This document shows, in pieces, positions 53,801 through 64,000 of a DNA stretch of 64,000 nt. The position numbers were made by a program, and so were the translations under genes. The notes under the pieces are model-generated. The model worked only from the letters and a program-made list of their open reading frames with translations. It had not been told where the DNA came from and searched no databases. Position 1 is the first letter of the stretch, and each line of letters opens with the position of its first letter. Location of the stretch: positions 2,852,001 through 2,916,000 of the forward strand of contig JAYWIR010000020.1 in NCBI GenBank assembly GCA_036172245.1, given 5' to 3'. The DNA comes from Raillietiella orientalis. Lineage: Eukaryota.

Positions 53801-56391
53801 TAAAGAAAAATCGGAAATTTTAAAACTGGTTAGTTGCACTTGAGGATTTGGTTTTTGTGAAATCCTTCATTGAATGACATGATATAAGAACACAGTGTTT
53901 CATGTACCACATTTTTTAGTTTATAATGGTTATTTTGAACATAAAATAATTGCTGTAACTTTATAATCCTTCAGAAGATGACATACCATGCAAAAATAGT
54001 AGTAGTGATAAGACCAGCACAATATTTAAAAGCTTTCTGTTAGCATGTAGTCAGTTCTTCAGCTCATTAAACCATGAATGGTTCTTGTTATTTTAAACAA
54101 ATGTATTTTTCCTATTCAAAATTTAGATTTTTAGGTTCGCTGCATACAATTTGTAAATCATCCTATTTGTAAACCATCTTTGTTCTTTTTAAGTAAAATT
54201 TGCTTTCCTTTTGTGTAGCACTTAATTGAAAAATGAAAATTATAGAAAAATGAATGCTGAAGATTGAAAATGATTTGAAATAATGCTGAAGCAATTGCTT
54301 CAGCATAATTTCAAATTTCATCATTAATTGCATATTTTAATGTGACCTTTGCATTGGTGAATTTCAAGTTACTCTTTAATTAGAACATATTCAGTATTTC
54401 TTTCAAGTAGCCATACTGTGTTTCAGTTTGTCACATTATTCAATTGGAATAAAACCATAAATGAATATTTGGCACAGCAATTGTGATGTGGTGATAGAGA
54501 TCCAAATAATGCTTATGGTGATTTAATTATGAATATTATAACATGGATGTATCTGGAAATTTCATTAAAAAAATATTTTGACAATAAAAAAATGCTTTCG
54601 GTGAAGGAATTAACAATTATAAACATTTTTAAGCATGGTCAATAATTTTGTTAATTGGCTTTTGTGTACTTGCTTTTTTTACAGATGATCTGAATTGTTG
54701 CTTTCAGTAAAGTTAGTATAGAAATGAAAGGTAATTGCTTTAGTGAATTGTACGGTCTTAAGATGTTTACTATGGAATATTTTAAAATAATGACTCGAGG
54801 TATGGATGGGTCAGTATACATTTTGGTGTCAATGTCTTGATTTGAGTTTACAGACCACACACTATTCCTAGTTTTTTGTTTTCATCAAAGTGCGCTTATC
54901 TGATGAGGATCCATGATCTAGTTTTATGTTTTGTCATACTTTAGAAATATGTCATTTTTTATTATGAAGGAAAGAAAGAAAGTTATTTATGATTTTATTT
55001 GTATTTAGAGGTCCAAATGGAATATGGACTCTGGAGGCACAAGGGAAAAGGCTTGATTCAGAAATTTCTTTTGAACATGCCTTGCCCACTATTACTCATA
55101 TGGCCCTTGTGGCCCTATCTCACAAGGGTAAACTGATGACATGACATTTGAATGTTTTGAACACTGGATCATAATTTTAGGGCTGCTAAAGTATCTTATA
55201 AGCCAGAACATTGATGGACTGCACCTGCGATCTGGATTTCCGAGAAAACAGCTATCTGAATTGCATGGGAATGTATATGTAGCTCAGTGTAGCCGTTGCC
55301 AGCAGTATGTAATTTAATAACTATATGGATTTCCCTGTTTTTTCTAGTCAGTTTGTGCAAAGCAGAGCTGTTCCTACTGTGGGACAGAAATTAATTGGCA
55401 TTGATTGCCCAATGCTGAAAGACACAGGCAGGACATGCAGAGGAAGGCTACAGGACACTGTTTTAGACTGGGAGAGTCATCTGCCTTATGCTGATCTGAC
55501 TATGTCGGAAGCACATTCTTTGTAAGGAGCTGTGCTGCCTGATTGAAGAGAGCATAGATTGTATGCCTTGATTAACACTGAGGATTATGTAGCCTTTTGT
55601 TAGCATGCTTGTTTATTTAGTTAGACTCTTAATAGCTTTGATGATGATTTTGCATATGTAAAATTTAGAGACCTATCTTGAAATATGGCGTAACCTCTGA
55701 AAGATTGTAACCAATAAACCTCTTTTCTAGGAAGGCAGATCTACATATTTGCTTGGGAACTACTCTGCAAATAGTCCCTAGTGGAAATTTACCTTTATTA
55801 ACCAAAAAAAATGGTGGCAAAATTGTCATCTGCAATTTACAGCCTACAAAACATGTAAGCACTATCAGATGCTAATGCATCTTTAAAGATGCAATAAGCG
55901 TTGCATTTTGTTTTCATTGCAATCAAATTATTTGAATATACTCTTATAATTGTTTTTATTTCAAGGATAAAAAAGCTGATCTAATTATTAATACTTATGT
56001 GGATGACATGATGACTCTCCTGATGCAGGAATTGCAGGTGCCAGTACCTTCATATGACCCTGATGTGGATCTAACAAAGATACTGAGCAAAGAATTAGAA
56101 GCAAGCAAGCGTTTAGCACTCTCCAATTGGACTATTACCGAAGATATTCTCCGTAATAGACCTATTGTAAAAGTGGCCAAACGCAAGGATGGAGGAAAGG
56201 GTGCTTCAGGCAAGATAGCCAAATTGGAAGAATGCCAGTTAGCTGATAAAAGCGAAATGCTTTTGGAATCCAAACCAGCAAATATTGTCAGCTCGACCTG
56301 TGATTTTTCTGCCAGTGCAATGGATGAACTCAGCTCTCCAAGTGCAAAAATCCCTCATTTGGTTGAACATGTCATAGTTAAAAGCGCCTAA
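50857..56391 (+). CDS. SIRT6: NAD-dependent deacylase sirtuin-6, 386 aa, 7 exons
   Basis: join(50857-50922, 51077-51204, 55009-55127, 55181-55304, 55348-55521, 55731-55854, 55966-56391), all GT-AG and in frame. Motifs YANGLS...[44 protein letters not shown], four Zn cysteines, [21 protein letters not shown] and NLQPTKHD. Confidence 0.97.
51750..53230 (+). mobile_element. Very old RTE-like LINE remnant in SIRT6 intron 2
   Basis: VILVYK (I.LYKKG-like), VDLSTA (VD..KAF-like), NGV and later thumb-like remnants occur in order. Confidence 0.4.
54273..54316. repeat. 44-bp near-perfect palindrome without spacer
   Basis: ATTTGAAATAATGCTGAAGCAATTGCTTCAGCATAATTTCAAAT; one mismatched pair. Confidence 0.95.
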
Positions 56392-57279
56392 ATCTAACAT
56401 TCCTACCTGCCTATTCCATGATCTCATTATATGTATTAGGCAACTTAAAATGCATTTCTTTGTATACAGCATGTTTAAATGGTGCAGTCTAATTTCAAAG
56501 TATGTTATGAATAGCCAATTCAGTGATGAAGACAATCATAAGATAAGCATATGATCCAAAGATCAGTTAGCTTTTTGATTCAGATTTTACTAATTAGATA
56601 TTATATTTCATGGTATTTGTATCCAAAGATACAGTGCATGTGACTGTTTGAATCACATAGTTATGGGATCAAACATAAAATTTTATGAACACGAATAGTT
56701 TGCTTAAATTTTTTGTTTCCCATTTCGATTCTGTGTGATTGGATCATTACACATGCATTTCTGATTTCTGAACCATTTGAATAAACCCATGTCATTGAAC
56801 TCTCTTTCATTTAAGATACACAGAATTAATTTTCGGAATTTTTCCATATTTTTCTCTTAATCATAAAAGAAAAATAACCAAGAGGAACATTGTGGTCCAT
56901 ATGCATTTCATATCATGTTTAGTTTCGTTCTGTAGATTTTTGTAGAGTATGAATGTGGAATTTAACAAATGAGATGCTAGATTCAGGCATCTTTGGCCTA
57001 AGTAAGTTTTATGTTTTAGCAGGTTCAATTCTGAATTTGTTCAGTCTCTACAAAAGCGCATGTGCTTTTTTTGTGTTGCAAGAACCTTTTTAACTTTATC
57101 AAAGTAGGTTTCTTTGAGATCCTGCATTCTCGCTGTTACAAACTGGCATATTGTCTTCCTAGTTCATACTTTGCCTATGTGTATGAGAAACATTATACAA
57201 GTACTTATTGTGCAGCCACAATACTGTATGCCTGCATGCCCCATGAATTCACTTAGTTACAACAGGAAAAATGTAAACA

Positions 57280-58760
57280 TTGACGATGATTTTAGTGGAC
57301 GAGAAGAGGGCCTAGGAGTGTTGGGAGTACGGGCACTAGGAGTCTTCTGCAGATTCGAGCAACGGAAGTCAGGTGAAGTTTTAGGAAGATGTCTGGGGGA
57401 CCGAATGAAGAAGCAATCTTTGTAGTTCAAACTAACCTACGGAGTAGTGGTGATCAAGAAGCGAGGAAAAAGATACCTAAGGATTGACGGAGTAATTCTC
57501 AGGAACAGTTCGAATTGATGTTCAAGATTCCGACTTCGATGTTGAGGCATCAGGCAGGACGGTTGCGGGAGCCCCATGCTCTTTAGCATCTTGGACTTGG
57601 TGCTGAGAGTGTATAGGCTGACGCTGGCCAACCTGCCCAGTTCCTGCCCGGGCACGCCGGCTGTGACCGCTTATGCGGACTGTGTGCTTCTGTTGCCTAT
57701 GTCCACCCCATCGTCTATGTTCGAGGATATCTTCAACTTGATACACCCGTGCACATAAAAAAAACCTATGGTCTATGAATGGTCGTCTATGTGGGTGCAG
57801 GTGCCTCGTAGGAGGGACAGTTTGACCAAATCCGCATGAGATCCGCACAGGCAGGGGAGCCCGCGTGGCACCATGCGTCGCGAGTTCGAATACTCCGTAG
57901 GAAACTGACGCCACTCCTGCAATGGCGCTAGTTGGCCTACTCATTCGAACGTGGCACCGGCGGTGGATTAAGCCGGAGGCCCCCGATGAAGGCCGGAACA
58001 ATGGGAGACCTTCGGGTCCTCCCAGGAATAAAGGAGTGGGGAGTTCCCCCTCTTGTCGTGCAACGGAGAGCGGATCCCCTCACCGGGGAGACCCTTCCGG
58101 TTTCAAGATGGAGCAGGAGCCCTCACGGGCACCTCTCCAGTTGTTCAAAGGAGCGGGCCCTCCCCGTTGCGGGGGGAACCCTCCGAGTCGTCGCCTCTCC
58201 ACAGAGTGCAAGGAAGCAAGCGAGAGCGATTCCCTGCGGGAAGCTGCAGCGCCCCTTCTGAGTTTCGGAAGCGTCCCTTCGGGGTTCTCTTCAGAGGAGT
58301 GAACAGGAGCGGTTCCCTTGCGGGTTCCCTCCGGAGAAGAAATTCCTACAAGCGGATCCTTTCCGGGTTCCCTTCGGAGAAGTTGAAATGGAGAGTACCA
58401 CCCCCTCCCAGAAGGTGTCCCTCCGGAGAGAATGGGGAAGGAGATTCCCTTCGGGGTTCCCCTTCGGAGACAACCAGGGCAGGAGCCCTCACGGGCATCT
58501 CTCCTAGTTGTTCAATGGAGCGTACCCCCTCACCGAGGAACCCTTCCGGGTACTTCAAGTACCTTGGCGTGCTAGTGGGTGACTTCTCATGGCCTCTGGT
58601 GCAGCTGCAGCGAGTTGGCCCGGACGCAGCACAAGTTGCGATCAAGGAGAACTGGAACTAGTGGAAGACTGTTACAAGAAGAAGCGACGCAACAGCTCCA
58701 CCGGTGTATCTTGCATTGCTAAAGTGCTGAAGCCGGCCACTCCCACAGTCGATCGAGGAT
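57280..58760 (+). mobile_element. L1/Tx1-like RT fragment, copy 3 (same family as copy 1)
   Basis: GIRQ..CGSPMLFSILDLVLRVYRLTLANLPSSCPGTPAVTAYAD aligns with copy 1 (FDLVLRAYGETLATLPSSCLSTPAVSAY); YFKYLGV resumes at 58551 after an insert. Confidence 0.85.
57853..58548 (+). mobile_element. Hairpin-rich tRNA-headed SINE-like element nested in LINE copy 3
   Basis: Interrupts LINE sequence that is contiguous in copy 1 (GATCCTCACAGGC|GGTACGTGAAGTACC); B-box-like GAGTTCGAATAC at 57882-57893; internally repetitive body. Confidence 0.75.
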
Positions 58761-59049
58761 GTCGCAGTCCATGAACAGTGCGGGAGCGACTCGATCGCCC
58801 CGTACAGGCTACACTCACGAAAGCAGAGATAGTTCTTGGCCCGTTCCTCGTTGGCAGTTTGTCTTTTCGGAACGGGCTGTTACTGGTTCGCACAAGTCTT
58901 TCAGAATTCCTCAAGCCAGACCAGCGTCCATCACGCTACACATCCCCACGAGAACTTTTCATCAACTTATCTGCACTTTGGAAGCCAAATTCCACGCAGT
59001 GACTCCACATTCAAGTACACACAACTATTTCTCAGAGAAGAGCATTAGA

Positions 59050-62000
59050 TCACTGCCATGAACACAAATGCAAAGCATACAAACCGACAACCATGAATTG
59101 TCAACTGATCCCTGCATAACACAATTTTCCAAAAGGACAGTGGGAACCAGTGGGAGACCCTCAGCCCGTTCGTTGGAGCAGTTTACTCAACACTGACCAG
59201 CTTGGTGTATGATGCTGGCAGTGTATTCAGTGAAATACTTACTGAAAAGTGTCTTTTGGCGTGTCAAGAAATATTGTTTAGTCGACTATACCTTATAGAT
59301 CAGAAAGAAACAAGCACCGTTCTAACAGCTCGCATTGTCTTCAAACGTGAGCACCAAATGCCAATACGCATGTCTGTGAGGAGCATTTACGGAATGCCAG
59401 CGATAAACCAGCAGCGGTGGATCTTCGCAAACTCACCCTCGTGAAGAAGAGATTTTGCATCAGCTGCCGAAGATCTCCGCGACTTTAGCGTATTTGTCGT
59501 GTTGCTAGAGGCACGTGGGATGATCCGTACTCCTCGTTTGGTGGGGAATCCGTATTTTGTTCATTGGTTTAGGGAGACGAAACCTGAAATCAAAGATTGT
59601 TCGCGGAAAGGCAAGAAAGTAGTAGCTGCATCAGCTGTGCGCAGCTGAGTATTCGTTTCAGAACACGAAGGTACGGAATACGATGACTGGAGTGATTTTC
59701 CAAAATACGTAGTCATAGGAAGGATACGGAATACCAGAGATATAGGCAGCATGTAAAAGAAAGCCACTCAAACCCCTTTGCTTGTAAATTTCACGAAAGG
59801 TCGTGAATTGCTGGCTCACTGTTGTTGAGTGAGACAGAAGAAAGAGCTTCTGCACCCTCCATCCTTTGTTCTCAGTATAATCATTGTAATCGACGCATTT
59901 TCTTGCGTTCCACTGCATTGTATTGGATCGAAGCAATATTCAACCTTTCCGTAAATGCAATTAAGTTCCGATCGATTTCCAGAAATTTGGAGGAAATATC
60001 GACGCAGATGAAATCTGACGTCTCCGCTGTTTGGAATGCACCAGTTTTCAAAAGGAAGGTCCACCGAAAGGACTTGCAGAATATTCTCTGCAGAACAGCG
60101 ATGTGCTACTCCTTTCACGGGGAGAAATTCGAAAGATCTCGGGCAGGTTTCTTGTAACGCAGGTTCTTACGTAAACAAAAGTAAAAGAATGTAGTGTTCT
60201 AGAAGGTTTCCGCGTATAAAGCATTATTAATTTTATGGGATAATTTTATAGGTCTGCAACCACACAGCGCTGAAGGCAATGGTTTTTCTTTCGAGGTGTT
60301 GATCCGTTTCAATCAACACAACGCGCTCACACTTGCTACCCAGTTTCTTTTCTGGCCTGATCATCGTCCCCTTGCCGATCCTAGAAACAAATTAACTTTC
60401 TTGCTTTAAACCATATGCAAGGAAAGAAGACCTGATTGTCAAGGGTTGAACGATTCAATCACCTGCCATGCAGAAAATTCCATCGCAACAGAAAGTTCTC
60501 TCAGCCCAGGCGATCTTTGAAAGGAGGCTAGAGAGTTTTCGCGAGGAAGAGGGCTGCTACCTCCTTTCCCTAAACTCGAATGTGCCACAATAGCAGTTTC
60601 ATTGGGCGTGCACGCTATTTTGAAAAAGGGGAACAAACATTCAATTCGGAAGGAAGTGACACGGGGAACAAAAATATTCCTTTCTCCTCAAATCCGGGAA
60701 CATGCGTTCAACTCAGGAAGGTGCAGACAGTGTTTCCATGTTTGAAAATTCCAACGCCTGTAATGCTTGCCACTTTGAGCAGGTGAAAGCTCTCTCCAAT
60801 ACTCATCAGTGCGTACATCCTTTTTCACGTGCGTGCGAGGGTGCGTGTTTTGAGCACACTCTTGTTGTGCCCATCGGCATTACGCTGCCTTGTTTCTGCG
60901 CTCTCGTGTAGGCATCTTTCGTGATGAAAACAGAGATGGTCAAGAGGTTCCGTAGATGTAGACAGAGCAGTCAAGGAGATTTGTTCGCAGTTGTTTTCGT
61001 TCTTACATCCCGCAAGAATCGAAGAATTATTTCTTCAGAAAAGATGAATTGAATCACATGCAGCAAGCTGCTGTTGTCGCTGCTGATGTCTGTGCATTGA
61101 GTGGAAAACTTCCCATGCCTGCATGCGGAAGGATCCGCAATGTGCCTTCCACGCTTGAGAAGAGTAGTCGATGAAGTCCCTCTAGCCATGTGCATATTCC
61201 TGCATGTTGAAACGGGAAAGAAGGGTGGGAACCAGCTTTGCTTGAGATCTTGTGAATTTCAGACAAGTGCAGTGTCGCGAACCCCTTCTCGAGAGCAAAT
61301 CGCGCGCCATCGGCCTTGAGTAGAACGAAAAGCACATCTCCATGCGCACTGGTCGCACGCGCTTTCCGGCGGATGTCGTCACGTGCTCGAACTGATGCGC
61401 AGCAGAATCCGAAGGCGTCCCATCATCCTTTGTAGGATCTCAGTTCATCATGAGGCGTGTGGTAAAGAAATGTGAGGTGTGAGCTGGCCTGCACGATTTA
61501 GTTTGGGTTTCGAAAATGCGAGTGTTCGGTGCGAGGAAAAGTTGTGGCTGAACGGTAAACCAGCTAGTGCTGGAATTCTTGTTCTCTTTGAAGTGACGTG
61601 GCATAAAGGGAAGGGCCCAGAGGGTGCACTCGTGGAATGTCGTTGTTTTGCATTCAAGGAAAGTCAAGAAGCTTGCTGTGAAGGTATGGAAGGGCAACCC
61701 GTTAGTGCATTTGTGAAGCTAATGTTGCGTTAGTTTCTCTGGCACGTTCTGTGATGCCCATTCTTGAAAGAGCCGATGGATGGGGAAGCAAGGAGGTGTC
61801 TCAAGATTACGCTTCTTTTGATTACATCGTGCATTAACACTTGGACAGGTAATGGATGATTGCTTGGTGAAATGTAGTTTTTGCGGCGCTGCGAAAGTGT
61901 TGAGAATTCTGGCCCTTTTGCTTATCCTATGCTTTGTGATAGCAGGGCTCGCTGTGGTTAGATGAGTGCACGGGTGAACACGATCCTGGCGTATTTGATG

Positions 62001-63050
62001 GCAAAGGGCTAGATGGCCATGCCTGTTGCTTGTTGAAAGCGAAAGTTGGTTATGCAGTGGTTTCCAGGAAACACTGAGGTCAGATGACATGCTGGAAATG
62101 ATGTAATGGCCGTCAGTTGATGATGCAGAAATGTTGCATACAATTCTTTAACGAAATGATGCCTTGAAAAGAGCATGCATTTACGAAAGGCTTCAATAAG
62201 TGCAAAGTGTGCAACAATTAGGAGAATGGTGTGCAGTGGTTATGCTGACAGGTTGAGGATGCGGTTGTGATGTTCACGAGTTTCCCTACGTGGCAGTTAA
62301 GGAATTGCTTGCTCTTGGGGAAATATGGGTAAATCGACTGCTGGTTGTGTATATCTTATGGCCATGGGTAGTTCTGTGCGAGGCTGCATCCATCAGTGCT
62401 TTTGGCAGATGCAATTGGGCAAACTGCAATGTGATGCATCGTATGGTGGTCGAATGTAGCAGTTGAGGCGCCTGAAATACATGTTCGTAGTAAAGATTCG
62501 TAGATGTTAGCAACCACGTTGCACATAATCTTGTTTCTGGTAACTGACGCGCTTTGAAAAGCGGTCTGGTTGAGCTACAGGGTTTGTGGAAGCCAAAGGG
62601 ATTGCTTGACAAGGGAGGAGGTTGTTGGCGGAAGTGAGGAGGAGGTCAGATGGCATAAACCTTTTCATTGCAGAATTGTTTTCACGGAAGAGGGTGCCTG
62701 GTGAGCGTTAGTTTTTACATCAAAGCTGCGGAGATCTGTAGGATGATGAAGCGGGTAGAACGTGAGTCGCAATAGAGGTATGTGGACGGAAGTGTTTTTG
62801 TGCACAAAAAGATACCGGAATCAGTGGTACATATGCAGGTGTTGTGCATTCGGAGACGATCTGAATTTTCAGTTTATCAGAGAAAGATGACATCAGACTA
62901 GTTTGGAATGCCCTTTTCGTTTGGAGACGCATTTGTACCAATTTTCTTGCTTCTCTGATCCTTGAAGAAGAGGGAGTTAGAAATAATTGTGAATCGTGAG
63001 GTGGGAGGGTGTTTTCCGTCACATGGAGCTTCCGCGATCGTTACGAACGG
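59050..63050 (-). mobile_element. Near full-length but decayed R2-superfamily retrotransposon
   Basis: N-terminal zinc-finger-like SFCAQKHFRPHTSIATHV (~62760-62815), RT remnants (DNSSLL; LHLRNL for LD.RKAF; KHGNTVCTFL for KQGDPLSPFL), thumb (~60000-60060) and QHDK (RHD-like, ~59495-59512). Confidence 0.55.
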
Positions 63051-63329
63051 TTTCATGGGGCTAATTGGTTTATTAGCGAATTTCTGAGCAACATCCCTTA
63101 TCAATAATCTCCCTAACTGTACTAGCATGCATTAACTAATTTCTTAATATAAGCCCTCTCATCAACTGCAACCCCATAATAATCATCATAACATTTCAAC
63201 CCCTAAACATAAAATTCATTATACCCATCAATAATAAACCAATAAAGAGCCCTGCAATCGCTATATATTTCTCCATGCTGCGGCGAGTGAGCACGCATTC
63301 CGAGAGAGACTTGCATTCCTTACCAGAAT

Positions 63330-64000
63330 GACCTGGAAGCTGTTGTATTTGTATCAGGTGGATGTAAATACGAACGGAAATGGGACATGCAGTAGTTTTT
63401 ACTCTCCTTCAGTGCCATCAATTAGGATGAGGTTTTGTGTACTTGCATTCCCAGCGCCCCGGGTTTTACGGGAAATTACGTACTCGGAACGTGTGTACGC
63501 ATATGGGGATTCGTGGGTTACAATGAGCGGTGCGGGTCTTATGCAGATTAGCCAACGGTCGTGAAGTTTCAACCAATTGGAAGTTTGGGTTCGCTGAAAA
63601 AAATTATCTGGCTGATCGATTAGTTAGCGATGTAGCGGTGTACGAAGCGCACAGAGTTAGCGAGAATCCTGGAACGGACAGAGGAAACACCCTTGTGAAT
63701 AATGATTATAACGGTTTCCGGTTCTTTGAACGTGCCAGTGGTCTGCGAGGTTGCGTTGTGAGCTGTAATTAGATCTGTCGGATGCCTTCTTTTGGCAGCA
63801 AGGGTTCACTATTTGCAAGTTTATAGTGGCAACAGTTGGCGAATTGGTTGCTGTACTCAATTGGTTGAGCGCTTATGGCAAACGGTCTCATGTTGCAGTC
63901 TGGGAGGCTTGTTGGTGACGGCTCCTGTTGCGAAGCAAGTAAGTTTCAGTCTATCCGACGTAGGCAGCTATCGTGATCAACTGAGAACTTGCACAGAGAA
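63330..64000 (+). mobile_element. LINE RT fragment running off the window
   Basis: RVYAYGD (AYADD-like) followed by KFG..K and F.F remnants. Confidence 0.4.

Noticed and set aside
57975..58020. Hammerhead ribozyme core (CCGATGAAGGCCGGAAC)
   Set aside because: Deviates from CUGAnGA/GAAA at key positions and is not conserved in the copy at 25.7 kb.
58050..58548. CRISPR-like repeat array
   Set aside because: Repeats are degenerate and irregularly spaced with no unique spacers; eukaryotic context and no cas genes.

Overview
This is eukaryotic (invertebrate animal-like) nuclear DNA, not prokaryotic; nearly all ORFs in the supplied track are spurious frames across decayed transposons. About 1-42 kb and 57-64 kb are a graveyard of fossil mobile elements: Ty3/Gypsy, L1/Tx1-like, R2-superfamily, RTE, other LINEs, probable Penelope, Tigger/pogo, Tc1/mariner and a hAT MITE. 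An AT-rich island at about 42.9-56.4 kb holds four spliced, apparently intact housekeeping genes (CCDC59/TAP26-like, NR2C2AP, RGP1, SIRT6) with mostly tiny introns of 38-53 nt. Most notable: (1) a 388-bp internally deleted bacterial IS630 element resembling Wolbachia-type transposases, with perfect 20-bp terminal inverted repeats including TA; (2) a ~690-bp hairpin-rich, tRNA-B-box-headed non-coding element found three times, each time inside and co-oriented with a copy of one L1/Tx1-like family; (3) a 900-bp near-identical inverted tract shared by two otherwise highly diverged LINE copies 23 kb apart. All calls come from manual reading and remembered family motifs; no searches were run, and fossil boundaries are approximate.
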